DNA of 63,464 nt, filler included. It is 3 parts of 3 records of this genome, joined end to end, with 100 filler letters (N's around TTAATTAATTAA, not from the genome) between each part and the next. Parts side by side here need not be neighbours in the genome. Positions count along the whole stretch, not along the records: positions 1 to 31,412 come from SRR20825010_844; positions 31,513 to 51,209 come from SRR20825010_847; 1 more part is not named here. One strand, given 5' to 3'. A model generated the notes under the pieces. The model was not told the origin of the DNA. It worked only from the letters and a program-made list of their open reading frames with translations, and made no database searches. The position numbers were made by a program, and so were the translations under genes. Positions 25,037 to 34,380 of this stretch are shown one piece after another; position 1 is the stretch's first letter, and the number at the start of each line of letters is the position of its first letter.

Positions 25037-27325
25037 ATGAAACAACGCACATTTGACCTCGGCGATGTGGCCCCAAAGCCTGAAGCGCCAGAACTGCCGG
25101 GCCCGGACAGCCTCTCCGCGCCGGAAGGCCCGCGTGCGCGTGTGTTACTGCCGGTGCCGGCGCTTGGTGTGCTTGACTATGGAGTGCCAAGCCATCTGGT
25201 GGACCGGATTACACCTGGCGCGGTGGTGGAAGTGCCGCTCGCGGGCCGCACGGCCACCGGCGTGGTGTGGGATAGTGCGGCCGATGGTGGCCCAGCAGAG
25301 GGCGGCAAAAAGCTGCCGTATGGCAAGCTGAAGGCGATAGAGGGTATTCTCGACCTGCTGCCTATGCGGCAAGACCTCAGGCGTTTTATTGACTGGGTTT
25401 CGGCTTACACACTCTCAGCGCCCGGCCCGGTCCTAAGGATGAGCTTGCCAGCGTCTGCCGCCCTTCAGGCTGTGCCTGTAAAACGGCACTATAGGGCAAC
25501 GGGCGCGAGTGTGGACGGTGTGCGCTTGACGGCGGCGCGGGAAGCTGTGCTCAAGGTGTTAGCGGACGGGAAACCGCGGATGGCGCCTGAAGTCGCATCG
25601 CTCGCTGGTGTATCCGACACCGTGGTGCGCAGCCTTGAGAAAACCGGCCTTGTGGAAGGCATGGATATATCTGTTGATCTACCTTATCCGCAGCCGGACG
25701 CAAATTTGGATGGGCCCACCTTGTCTGATGAGCAAGCGGAAGCCGCGCGCGCCATTCGTGACAAAGTCTGGGAAGGTGGTTTTGCCCCTTTCCTTCTCGA
25801 CGGCATCACCGGCTCTGGCAAAACAGAGGTCTATTTTGAAGGGCTGGCGGAGGCCCTGAAGACAAAAGGCGCGCAAGTTTTGGTTCTGGTGCCTGAGATA
25901 GCGCTTACCAGCCAGTGGCTGGACCGCTTTGAAGCCCGGTTCGGGGTGGTGCCTGTGGTTTGGCACTCGGAAGTGGGGCAGGCCGAGCGCAGAAGGGCGT
26001 GGCGCGCGGTGGCATCTGGCGAAGCCCGTGTGGTTGTGGGCGCACGCTCTGCCTTGTTCCTGCCGTTCAAGCATCTGGCATTCATCACAGTGGACGAGGA
26101 ACACGACCCGTCTTTCAAGCAGGAAGAAGGCGTGATGTATCACGCGCGGGACATGGCTATCGTTCGGGCCAAGCTGGCGGAATGCCCCATCGTGCTCGCG
26201 AGCGCCACACCCTCGCTTGAGACACTGGTAAATGCGGACGAAGGACGCTTTGAAAAGCTGATCCTTCGCGAACGGCACGGCAATGCTGTGCTGCCCGAAA
26301 TGCGTGCCATTGATATGCGGCATGAACCGCCTGAGGCTGGCACCTGGCTCTCGCCCGTGCTGGTGAGAGAGATTGAAGATACATTGGCGGCGGGCGAGCA
26401 GATCATGCTGTTCCTGAACCGCCGGGGCTATGCACCGCTTACGCTGTGCCGCACGTGCGGCTTCAGGATTGAATGCCCAAGCTGCTCTGCCTGGCTTGTG
26501 GAACACCGTTTCCGGCGCGAGCTGCAATGCCATCACTGCGGCCACGTTGAACCTATCCCTGAAGCATGCCCTGAATGCAAAAGCGAAGACAGCCTTGTAG
26601 CCTGTGGGCCTGGGGTTGAGCGCTTGTTTGAAGAGGTGAGCACAAGATTCCCCGCAGCGCGGACCTCTGTGATGACATCAGACACCATGATGAGCCCAAG
26701 CGCGACCGCTCATATGGTGGGGCAGATCGCGAGCGGCCACCTTGATATCGTTATCGGCACCCAGATTGTGACCAAAGGCTACCACTTCCCCAACCTGACG
26801 CTTGTGGGGGTGGTGGACGCAGACCTTGGCCTAAGGGGTGGTGACCTGCGGGCAGGTGAGCGGACATACCAGCAAATGGTGCAGGTTGCTGGCCGAGCGG
26901 GGCGGGCCGAGAAGCCGGGGCGCGTTTTCCTGCAATCTTATGAGCCGGAGCATCCAGTGGTGCAGGCGCTGCTATCAGGCGATGGTGATGCCTTTATGGC
27001 GGCTGAAAAAGAATCGCGGGCACGGCACCATATGCCGCCTTTTGGCCGACTAGTGGGCCTCATTTTGTCGGGTCAGGATATGAAGGACGTGCTCGACACA
27101 GGCCGCATGCTGGCAGCAAAAGCACCGATGGAGCACGGTGTTGCGGTTGTTGGACCGGCGCCAGCACCAATGGCAAGGGTGCGAGGGCATCACCGCTTCC
27201 GTATGCTGGTGCACACAAAAAAAGAAGTACGCGTACAGAAGCTGGTTTACGACTGGCTGATGTCAGTGAAGGCTAAAAAAGGCGTGCGCATCAAAGTTGA
27301 TATCGACCCCTATAGCTTTATGTAG
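25037..27325 (+). CDS. priA: primosomal protein N' helicase
   Basis: GITGSGKTEVY, VPEIALT, DEEHD, SATP, LNRRGYAP, four CxxC, QVAGRAGR and DIDP motifs. Confidence 0.97.
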   Translation: MKQRTFDLGDVAPKPEAPELPGPDSLSAPEGPRARVLLPVPALGVLDYGVPSHLVDRITPGAVVEVPLAGRTATGVVWDSAADGGPAEGGKKLPYGKLKAIEGILDLLPMRQDLRRFIDWVSAYTLSAPGPVLRMSLPASAALQAVPVKRHYRATGASVDGVRLTAAREAVLKVLADGKPRMAPEVASLAGVSDTVVRSLEKTGLVEGMDISVDLPYPQPDANLDGPTLSDEQAEAARAIRDKVWEGGFAPFLLDGITGSGKTEVYFEGLAEALKTKGAQVLVLVPEIALTSQWLDRFEARFGVVPVVWHSEVGQAERRRAWRAVASGEARVVVGARSALFLPFKHLAFITVDEEHDPSFKQEEGVMYHARDMAIVRAKLAECPIVLASATPSLETLVNADEGRFEKLILRERHGNAVLPEMRAIDMRHEPPEAGTWLSPVLVREIEDTLAAGEQIMLFLNRRGYAPLTLCRTCGFRIECPSCSAWLVEHRFRRELQCHHCGHVEPIPEACPECKSEDSLVACGPGVERLFEEVSTRFPAARTSVMTSDTMMSPSATAHMVGQIASGHLDIVIGTQIVTKGYHFPNLTLVGVVDADLGLRGGDLRAGERTYQQMVQVAGRAGRAEKPGRVFLQSYEPEHPVVQALLSGDGDAFMAAEKESRARHHMPPFGRLVGLILSGQDMKDVLDTGRMLAAKAPMEHGVAVVGPAPAPMARVRGHHRFRMLVHTKKEVRVQKLVYDWLMSVKAKKGVRIKVDIDPYSFM

Positions 27326-27389
27326 GGTATCTTTTAACTGCTGCCGTTCTAAGCATGGCAGATGGATGGAAATGGCGGCATAGTTTTAT

Positions 27390-27941
27390 ATGGTCTGGAT
27401 TATTTGTGGCCCCAGTTCTGCTGGAAAGAGTACCTACTTCCACAGCGTGGCAAGGAAACCCTTTGATAATAATGAACCCGTGGACCTTCTCTTCCCTTCT
27501 GACGTCAAGTCGGGCCCGGTGGATGGGGTAATACACTATAATATCCTACAAAACCTAAGCGTAGAAAAAGATGAAAGCGGGACCGTTCAGGTGGTGCTGC
27601 CTCCATATGGGTCATGTCAGTTCTGGACCAAGTTGGTTGAAGATTATGGAAACGATATTAATGCCATAGTATTGGTTTGTAGCCAGAAGGAGCTGCTTAG
27701 GCGCGTTGAAACACGCACGGTCATTGAGCTTTACGCGAAAGACTCGCGTAAGCATCCGGCTTACGATAGCGAATTCTGGGATTTTATATATCGAACCGTC
27801 GATATGACGAAAGTATACTACAGGTGGCTGACGGAGTTGGAACGCCGAGGTGTGCGGTATCGTTTGATTGATAGCACTAGCGAGGGCTACACCAACATCA
27901 AGTCAAAAACTGACGCATTTGAGTTGATTGGTGGCGCCTGA
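27390..27941 (+). CDS. small P-loop NTPase / kinase-like hypothetical protein
   Basis: N-terminal IICGPSSAGKST Walker A; NMP-kinase-like ELLRRVETR lid; more AT-rich than its neighbours. Confidence 0.65.
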   Translation: MVWIICGPSSAGKSTYFHSVARKPFDNNEPVDLLFPSDVKSGPVDGVIHYNILQNLSVEKDESGTVQVVLPPYGSCQFWTKLVEDYGNDINAIVLVCSQKELLRRVETRTVIELYAKDSRKHPAYDSEFWDFIYRTVDMTKVYYRWLTELERRGVRYRLIDSTSEGYTNIKSKTDAFELIGGA

Positions 27942-28107
27942 AAAACGGCCTTCCTGTGATGGCGTTTGGTTCTCATATATGAACAAAGTGGGTGTTGGCC
28001 TCGTTTTTTGTGGCTGCGCCAATAACTATGTGCCAACCCGAATGACGGTTTATCTAGCCCGATAACCTGATTCGAGTTGGCGTTATATGGTGAAGCCGCT
28101 TTAGCTA

Positions 28108-28452
28108 TTAGCCTTGGTATTCGGCTTTCAACGCTTCCAGTTCTTCCTGGTGGCGCTGCTTCATTTCCTGCTTTGCGTCAGCATGACGGTCCATCACTTC
28201 TTTTTGCTCTTCAGGGGATTTATCACCCATCTGAGCAATCTCAGAACGCTGTTGGTCCATCAGTTGGTTCCACTCCTGATGCTGGCGGTCTTTCAGTTCA
28301 CGAAGTTTTTGAGCAAACTCCTTGTCCTTCGCGACCTGATCCTGAGCAATGCCAGCCAAAGGTGCTGATGCTGTTGCAGAAACAGCGGGTGCCACAAAGC
28401 CTGACAAGGCGATAGTGGCTGCGAGTACAGTCTTTGTCATCATGTGTTTCAT
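28108..28452 (-). CDS. exported helical Gln/Glu/Lys/His/Met-rich protein
   Basis: Signal peptide; repeated RQHQE/DRHAD/QRHQE helices; GGGAG SD. Confidence 0.7.
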   Translation of the reverse strand: MKHMMTKTVLAATIALSGFVAPAVSATASAPLAGIAQDQVAKDKEFAQKLRELKDRQHQEWNQLMDQQRSEIAQMGDKSPEEQKEVMDRHADAKQEMKQRHQEELEALKAEYQG

Positions 28453-28618
28453 AGTTCACACTCCCTTGAATTAGCCCCCTTGAGTTAGTTTATGCTGCCG
28501 TAAATTGTAAAAAATAGGGCGGTAAGGTGCCCAAAATGAGAATGCGCCTCATTGTGCGGGCTAGCCTGGGGTGTTAATAGCGGGTAATTGGCAGTAAATG
28601 CTTGGTTCTGGGGGACTT

Positions 28619-30232
28619 ATGACGGCAGACGTCAGCGATACGGCGGTAGAGATATATAAGGACGCAACATGCTTGCCTGTTTTTTGTCCTGTCCCTCGAA
28701 GGCCCGGAAAAGGTGGGGTATTCGACAAGGAGAAGCGGCTCATCCGCTCAACTCTGTTATTGCGCCACAATTTCCCGTCGGGGGTAAAACCTGTTGACCG
28801 GCCTGATCTCGAGCATGATCCGGCAGTGAAAACCGAGCGGATCGTGCGAGAGGGCACGATAGGGGAAACTGAAAGCTGGCTTAAAGGCCGGTATATATTT
28901 GGCGGCTATTTCTTCTATCACTACGGTCATTTCCTTTTGGAGACCCTGACGCGCCTTTGGTATTTTAAACAGTTCCCTGACGTTCCCGTGATTTGGATTT
29001 CTTTTGAGGGCGACGACTTTGCTGACTGGCATGTGGACCTTATTCGGCAATTGGGCGCAACCAATGAAATAATTTGCCTCAAACATCAAACAGAGGTGGA
29101 AAGCCTGGCTATTCCTGAGCCAGGCTATGTCATCTCAAGCCGGTATTGGGACTGTCAGGTTGATGCTTTGGCTATGGTGCGAGGCTATGCGCCCAAGGCA
29201 GGCAAGAAGGTATGGCTGTCGCGCAGTAGCCTGAAGAAGGGCGTTATACTTAACGAATCGCTTCTAGAGGAATGTCTGACTGCGTCAGGGTGGACGATCT
29301 ATCAGCCGGAAGCCCATTCTATCGCAGACCAGGTCAAAATGTTGGCTGACGCAGAAGAGATCGCGGGTATTGAGGGATCGGCACTGCATACACTTGTGCT
29401 GATGCCGGATTACCGGGGGCGGGTCAACATATTCGACCGTGTGCATGTATCAGACTTCGAAATGATTGCAGATAAACTGGGCGTGTCGCAACGCATGATA
29501 CAAGTGCAGCGTATGTCGCTGCATATCATTGCCAACACCTGGCCGAATGAAATCAACAGTTGGTGGAAAGACCTTGATGAGGTGCTTGGCCACCTTGATG
29601 TTGTTCGCCCGAGCTATGCAGGGCAAGCTATCGATCAACGGCTGGCGGCAATAACAGGGTCCGTTGCCAAGTATTTTGGCGCCAAGAATTGTATGGAGCT
29701 TTGGCCGGAACATAACACTGCCGCAGCAGGCCTTGCGGGATTGCAGCGATACTTGATCACCAATCGGGCGCGATTCGATGTTGCCGCTGCGAAACAGTCT
29801 GGTGTTAATCATTTTGATGTTCGGCCTGATGTCTTCTTCGCGACAGCCTGTCTTCGTGCGCCAATCGACCTGTTTGTTTTTCGGGCAGCAGATGAGGGCG
29901 ACAATGTAGAGCAGACTTTTTACGGAAGTCTGGACGTTAGCCACGTCAATTCGCTTTGGATCATGGATATCCCTGTCGAAGATGCTGCGGTACGGAAGCC
30001 GTTTGAGCGGATAATGAACAGCAACCCGGCGCTTAGCGCGGCGCGCATTCAGGGATCTAGCTATATATTGCTATGGCGGGCTATACGTTCCTTGGCTGTT
30101 ACCAGTCTTGAATGGCTACGGCGTCAGGACCTGGGCCAAGGCGCCAAATGGGAGCTGCCGACCATGTCCCTCAACGATGTAGCCAAGCAGATAGAGATGG
30201 ATCGCAAGAAAAACCGCTCAAATGCACTCTAA
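28619..30232 (+). CDS. glycosyltransferase family 61 (DUF563) protein with C-terminal extension
   Basis: HYGHFLLETLTRLW, KVWLSRS, NESLLE, PEAHSIADQV and GIEGSALH motifs. Confidence 0.75.
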   Translation: MTADVSDTAVEIYKDATCLPVFCPVPRRPGKGGVFDKEKRLIRSTLLLRHNFPSGVKPVDRPDLEHDPAVKTERIVREGTIGETESWLKGRYIFGGYFFYHYGHFLLETLTRLWYFKQFPDVPVIWISFEGDDFADWHVDLIRQLGATNEIICLKHQTEVESLAIPEPGYVISSRYWDCQVDALAMVRGYAPKAGKKVWLSRSSLKKGVILNESLLEECLTASGWTIYQPEAHSIADQVKMLADAEEIAGIEGSALHTLVLMPDYRGRVNIFDRVHVSDFEMIADKLGVSQRMIQVQRMSLHIIANTWPNEINSWWKDLDEVLGHLDVVRPSYAGQAIDQRLAAITGSVAKYFGAKNCMELWPEHNTAAAGLAGLQRYLITNRARFDVAAAKQSGVNHFDVRPDVFFATACLRAPIDLFVFRAADEGDNVEQTFYGSLDVSHVNSLWIMDIPVEDAAVRKPFERIMNSNPALSAARIQGSSYILLWRAIRSLAVTSLEWLRRQDLGQGAKWELPTMSLNDVAKQIEMDRKKNRSNAL

Positions 30233-30454
30233 TGTTCGATTCGGATAAATGGGTCGCGAGCGTCCGGCGGAGATACCAATATTAGCTAAAGTATTCTAGC
30301 CTTGAGCCGAGTTTAAGGCTACCTCTTCTTGCGCTATGTATTATAAAGGCTATGCCGCGTCGCATGAAGGTCCTTAAGCGTACGATTTGCGGGCATTTGA
30401 CTACTTCAAAACTGCCCAATCAATGATTGATGGGGAATTGCTGTACTAGGCGGC

Positions 30455-30483
30455 TTGCAAGCACGAATTCTCTATGCTAGAGG
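30455..30483 (+). promoter_or_regulatory. sigma70 promoter for the atpHA operon
   Basis: TTGCAA-17 nt-TAGAGG, same architecture as the rpmE promoter. Confidence 0.5.
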
Positions 30484-30628
30484 GAGCACGCATTTCGGCT
30501 GGCCATTGCCGTGAGGGGTATGAATTTCATACCAATCAAAACCGGCCAAAATTGAGCGTAGGTGAGCCAATACTCGGCCATCTGCAAAGGTTCAACAGGT
30601 TCAGACCTAACCTAGGGGAACGTCTGAC

Positions 30629-31189
30629 GTGACCTCGCACAAAGCGATAGTCTCTGGGATTTCCGGCCGCTATGCGGTAGCGCTTTTTGACCTCGCCATT
30701 GAGGAAAAGGCGCTCGATGCTGTCGAATCCGATCTCTCCAAGCTGAAAGCGATGATAGAAGATAGCGCGGACCTGCGTGATCTGGTGTCGTCGCCTCTCT
30801 TCAGCCGGGAACAACAGTCAAAAGGCATTATCAGTGTTGCGCAAGCCGCAAAGCTGAATGTGATGACTGAGAAATTCCTCGGCGTGCTCGCGGCGAATCG
30901 CCGCCTCGGCGCACTTGGTGCTATCATTTCTTCCTTTGAGAAGCTTCTCGCGCATCATCGCGGTGAAGTACGGGCAGAAGTTGTCAGCGCGCGCAAGCTC
31001 ACGAAGAAACAGCTCGGTGATCTTGAGAAGAAATTGAAACTGGCTGTCGGCCATGACGTGGCCATCGACGCTTCTGTTGATGAAACACTGCTCGGCGGTC
31101 TGACTGTACAGGTTGGCTCCCGCATGGTGGATGACAGCCTTAAAACGAAACTCGATAACCTCGCAATCGCCATGAAAGGGGTTCAGTGA
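30629..31189 (+). CDS. atpH: F1 ATP synthase subunit delta
   Basis: [19 protein letters not shown] and [22 protein letters not shown] motifs. Confidence 0.96.
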   Translation: MTSHKAIVSGISGRYAVALFDLAIEEKALDAVESDLSKLKAMIEDSADLRDLVSSPLFSREQQSKGIISVAQAAKLNVMTEKFLGVLAANRRLGALGAIISSFEKLLAHHRGEVRAEVVSARKLTKKQLGDLEKKLKLAVGHDVAIDASVDETLLGGLTVQVGSRMVDDSLKTKLDNLAIAMKGVQ

Positions 31190-31412
31190 TGGATATCCGT
31201 GCAGCGGAAATTTCCAAGGTCCTGAAGGACCAGATCGCAAATTTCGGCAATGAAGCTGAAGTTTCTGAAGTTGGTACCGTTCTCTCAGTGGGTGACGGTA
31301 TTGCTCGTGTATACGGCCTCGACCAAGTGCAAGCTGGTGAGATGGTTGAATTCCCGGGCGGCGTTAAGGGTATGGCCCTGAACCTCGAAAGCGACAACGT
31401 CGGTATCGTTAT
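31189..31412 (+). CDS. atpA: F1 ATP synthase subunit alpha, 5' fragment (contig edge)
   Basis: MDIRAAEIS...[11 protein letters not shown]...[12 protein letters not shown]. Confidence 0.96.
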
Positions 31413-31512
31413 NNNNNNNNNNNNNNNNNNNNNNNNNNNNNNNNNNNNNNNNNNNNTTAATTAATTAANNNNNNNNNNNNNNNNNNNNNNNNNNNNNNNN
31501 NNNNNNNNNNNN
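31413..31512. other. artificial contig linker
   Basis: N44-TTAATTAATTAA-N44 (stop codons in all six frames); base composition and gene style change across it. Confidence 0.98.
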
Positions 31513-31538
31513 TTTGGATATTTATGCAAATAATTGAG

Positions 31539-31811
31539 TTAATCTAAATAGGAAGAATTCTGTATTTCTAACGCCTCTGAACTGTGATAATAGGTTATGT
31601 AATCCTCGGTGTTCATACTCACTTTTAAAACTCCTATTGTATTGTTTTTCAGGAAAATGTCAAAATTTTTTAATGTTTTGGATACCGTTGGATCTGTTGA
31701 TGTATAAATTATAAGGCCAACCAGTAAAAGCAGAGGTGTCAGGTTAAAATAATTCTTGTGGATATAACAAAATAAGGTATATAAATACCAACCACAGCTA
31801 ACAAAAGTCAT
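31539..31811 (-). CDS. short hypothetical ORF, possibly a truncated gene
   Basis: Hydrophobic stretch then FDIFLKNNTIGVLKV; ends after 90 aa near the contig edge. Confidence 0.3.
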   Translation of the reverse strand: MTFVSCGWYLYTLFCYIHKNYFNLTPLLLLVGLIIYTSTDPTVSKTLKNFDIFLKNNTIGVLKVSMNTEDYITYYHSSEALEIQNSSYLD

Positions 31812-31987
31812 TTTTGGAAATAATTATTTTGGTAGCCTTGCCTGGGGTATGGAAACAATAGGCTTATGGGGCTATATGGGATTAGTTGGCAAATAGTATC
31901 AAGCCCGAATGATGTAGAGAATTCAATTTTCCAGAAAAAATAAAAAGCATTACTATTGTTAAACAAGTGTTAAACCATCATATATTG

Positions 31988-32008
31988 ATAGTATTACTAT
32001 TATATTTG
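31988..32008 (+). promoter_or_regulatory. TetR-type operator abutting a Bacteroidetes -7 promoter element
   Basis: ATAGTA-T-TACTAT palindrome (31988-32000) directly followed by TATATTTG (TAnnTTTG). Confidence 0.65.
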
Positions 32009-32027
32009 CGAGTGTTAAAATTTAGGT

Positions 32028-32714
32028 ATGGAACGTCTATTTGGGTCAGTCACAATTAAAATAAATGATAAAATCTTTGTTAAGGACCCGGCTTCTTCGG
32101 ATTTGGGGAAGCGGATTATTGAACAAAGTATCTTAATGATAAACGATATTGGGTTTGAGGGTTTTACCTTTAAAAAGTTAGGTCACCAAATTGGTTCCAA
32201 TGAAAGCTCCATATACCGTTACTTTGAGAACAAACACAAGTTGTTGTTGTACCTTACCTCCTGGTATTGGGGTTGGTTGGAGTATCAGTTGGTATTTGCT
32301 ACCAATAGTATTGCCGACACTTCTGAAAAATTAAAAAAGGCGATAGAAATTGTTACCCGCCCCACGGTACAGGATTCCGCTTTCTCCCACATTAATGAGG
32401 TCTCGTTGAGTAATATAGTAATCAACGAATATTCAAAATCGTATTTGACCAAAGAAATAGATACAGAGAACAAGGAGGGCTATTTTGTAATCTACAAGAG
32501 AATGATAGAACGCTTTAATGAAATGATACATGCGGTAAATTCTGAATATAAGTACCCCTCTAGTTTGGCAAGTACTATTTTGGAAGGATCGCTGCACCAG
32601 TATTTTCTCAAGGATCATTTTCCTTCACTCACGGATTGTCATGAAAAAGGGGATGCTACCAAATATTTCACTGATTTAGTATTTCACACTTTAATGGCAA
32701 AGCAAAATGGCTAA
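32028..32714 (+). CDS. TetR/AcrR family regulator
   Basis: GFEGFTFKKLG and ESSIYRYFENKHKLL helix-turn-helix. Confidence 0.9.
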   Translation: MERLFGSVTIKINDKIFVKDPASSDLGKRIIEQSILMINDIGFEGFTFKKLGHQIGSNESSIYRYFENKHKLLLYLTSWYWGWLEYQLVFATNSIADTSEKLKKAIEIVTRPTVQDSAFSHINEVSLSNIVINEYSKSYLTKEIDTENKEGYFVIYKRMIERFNEMIHAVNSEYKYPSSLASTILEGSLHQYFLKDHFPSLTDCHEKGDATKYFTDLVFHTLMAKQNG

Positions 32715-34374
32715 AAACGTATTGACCGCTTGGCAGCGGCTATTGGGTCTGTTGAAACTCGATAAAAGGGATGTTTTGCAGACCTTTTATTATGCCATTT
32801 TTGCAGGGCTTGTTAATCTTTCTTTGCCCTTGGGTATACAGGCTATTATTAACCTCATTCAAAGTGCAGAGATAAGTACCTCATGGGTGGTTTTAGTGGT
32901 GCTGGTAACAGGTGGAGTGGCCTTTGGGGGCCTATTGCAATTAATGCAGATCCGAATCATAGAGAATGTCCAACAGAAGATATTTACAAGGGCGTCGTTC
33001 GAATTTACATACCGTTTTCCTAAAATAAAAATGAGTGAACTACACAATTACTATCCCCCGGAACTGGCAAATAGATTTTTTGACACACTAAATGTTCAAA
33101 AGGGATTGGCAAAGATTTTATTGGATTTTCCTGCGGCCGTACTTCAGATTGTTTTTGGGTTGATCCTCTTGTCTTTTTATCACCCATTTTTTATTGTCTA
33201 TGGAATATTGTTAGTGTTGCTTATTTACGTAGTCTTCAAATTTACCGCCCAAAAAGGGATGGATACCAGTCTTGAGGAATCCAAGCGAAAGTACAAGGTA
33301 GCTCACTGGATACAGGAGGTTGCCCGATCTTTGATAAGTTTTAAGCTTTCTGGTAGGACCAGTCTGGCATTGGACAAGAACGATGCCCTGGTGTTGGATT
33401 ATTTGGAGGCTCGTGAGAGTCATTTTCGCATTCTGGTAATACAGTTTATACAAATGATAGGGTTTAAGGTATTGGTAACAGCGGGCCTTTTGCTCATAGG
33501 GGGGCTGTTGGTGCTAAACCAGGAAATGAACATTGGGCAGTTTGTAGCTGCGGAGATCATCATTCTTCTGGTCATAAGTTCAGTAGAGAAATTGACCCGC
33601 AGTTTGGAAACTTTCTACGACCTTTTTACGTCATTGGAAAAATTGGGGCAGGTAGTGGATAAGGAATTGGAAGAGCAACAAGGGGAAAGACCATTAAATG
33701 AGGAGGACGAATTTTCATTGGAGCTGGACAGGGTGTCCTTTGGCGCATCAAAAATTGGTAGGAATATATTGGACGACATTTCCTTAAAAATTGGTCCCAA
33801 AACTCGTTTGTTGGTTCTCGGGGCCAACGGTTCAGGTAAGTCCACCTTGTTGCGACTCATTGCAGGCCTGATACAGCCCGATGATGGGAATATTTATGTG
33901 AACAATGTATCACTTAGAGGTATAAACCCCAATCATTACCGTTCCTTTTTGGGCCAGTCCCTGACCGAGGAAAAACCTTTTGAGGGTACCATATTGGAAA
34001 ATATTACTTTTGGCGATAAGAGCATTACCGAAAAAGAAGTGCAATGGGCCATGGAAAATACGGGATTACTGCAATATGTAAAAGAGCAGCCGAAAGGGAT
34101 CAATACCATGGTATATCCTGAGGGACAACAAATGCCGTTTACAGTTTCCAAAAAAATAGTTCTGGCGCGTAGTATTGTGAGGAAACCAAAACTACTATTG
34201 TTAAAAGATCCCTTAATTCAATTTGACGAGGTTGAAGCTATTAAAATCATAAAATTCTTAACGGACGATAAAAATCCTTGGTCGTTGATAGTGGTAAGTC
34301 AGGATCCTAAATGGTTGAACCGATTCCAAAACATAATAACATTGGAAAACGGTAAGATCGTTTCTAAAATTTAA
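32707..34374 (+). CDS. type I secretion-type ABC transporter (TMD plus degenerate NBD)
   Basis: Six TM segments; PELANRFFD, IGQFVAAEIII and GANGSGKST motifs; signature and Walker B non-canonical. Confidence 0.85.
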   Translation: MAKNVLTAWQRLLGLLKLDKRDVLQTFYYAIFAGLVNLSLPLGIQAIINLIQSAEISTSWVVLVVLVTGGVAFGGLLQLMQIRIIENVQQKIFTRASFEFTYRFPKIKMSELHNYYPPELANRFFDTLNVQKGLAKILLDFPAAVLQIVFGLILLSFYHPFFIVYGILLVLLIYVVFKFTAQKGMDTSLEESKRKYKVAHWIQEVARSLISFKLSGRTSLALDKNDALVLDYLEARESHFRILVIQFIQMIGFKVLVTAGLLLIGGLLVLNQEMNIGQFVAAEIIILLVISSVEKLTRSLETFYDLFTSLEKLGQVVDKELEEQQGERPLNEEDEFSLELDRVSFGASKIGRNILDDISLKIGPKTRLLVLGANGSGKSTLLRLIAGLIQPDDGNIYVNNVSLRGINPNHYRSFLGQSLTEEKPFEGTILENITFGDKSITEKEVQWAMENTGLLQYVKEQPKGINTMVYPEGQQMPFTVSKKIVLARSIVRKPKLLLLKDPLIQFDEVEAIKIIKFLTDDKNPWSLIVVSQDPKWLNRFQNIITLENGKIVSKI

Positions 34375-34380
34375 GAAACT

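Noticed and set aside
31457-31468. TTAATTAATTAA palindrome (also 51254-51265) as a CtrA site, att site or repeat
   Set aside because: It is embedded in N runs of identical length, so it is a synthetic all-frame stop linker
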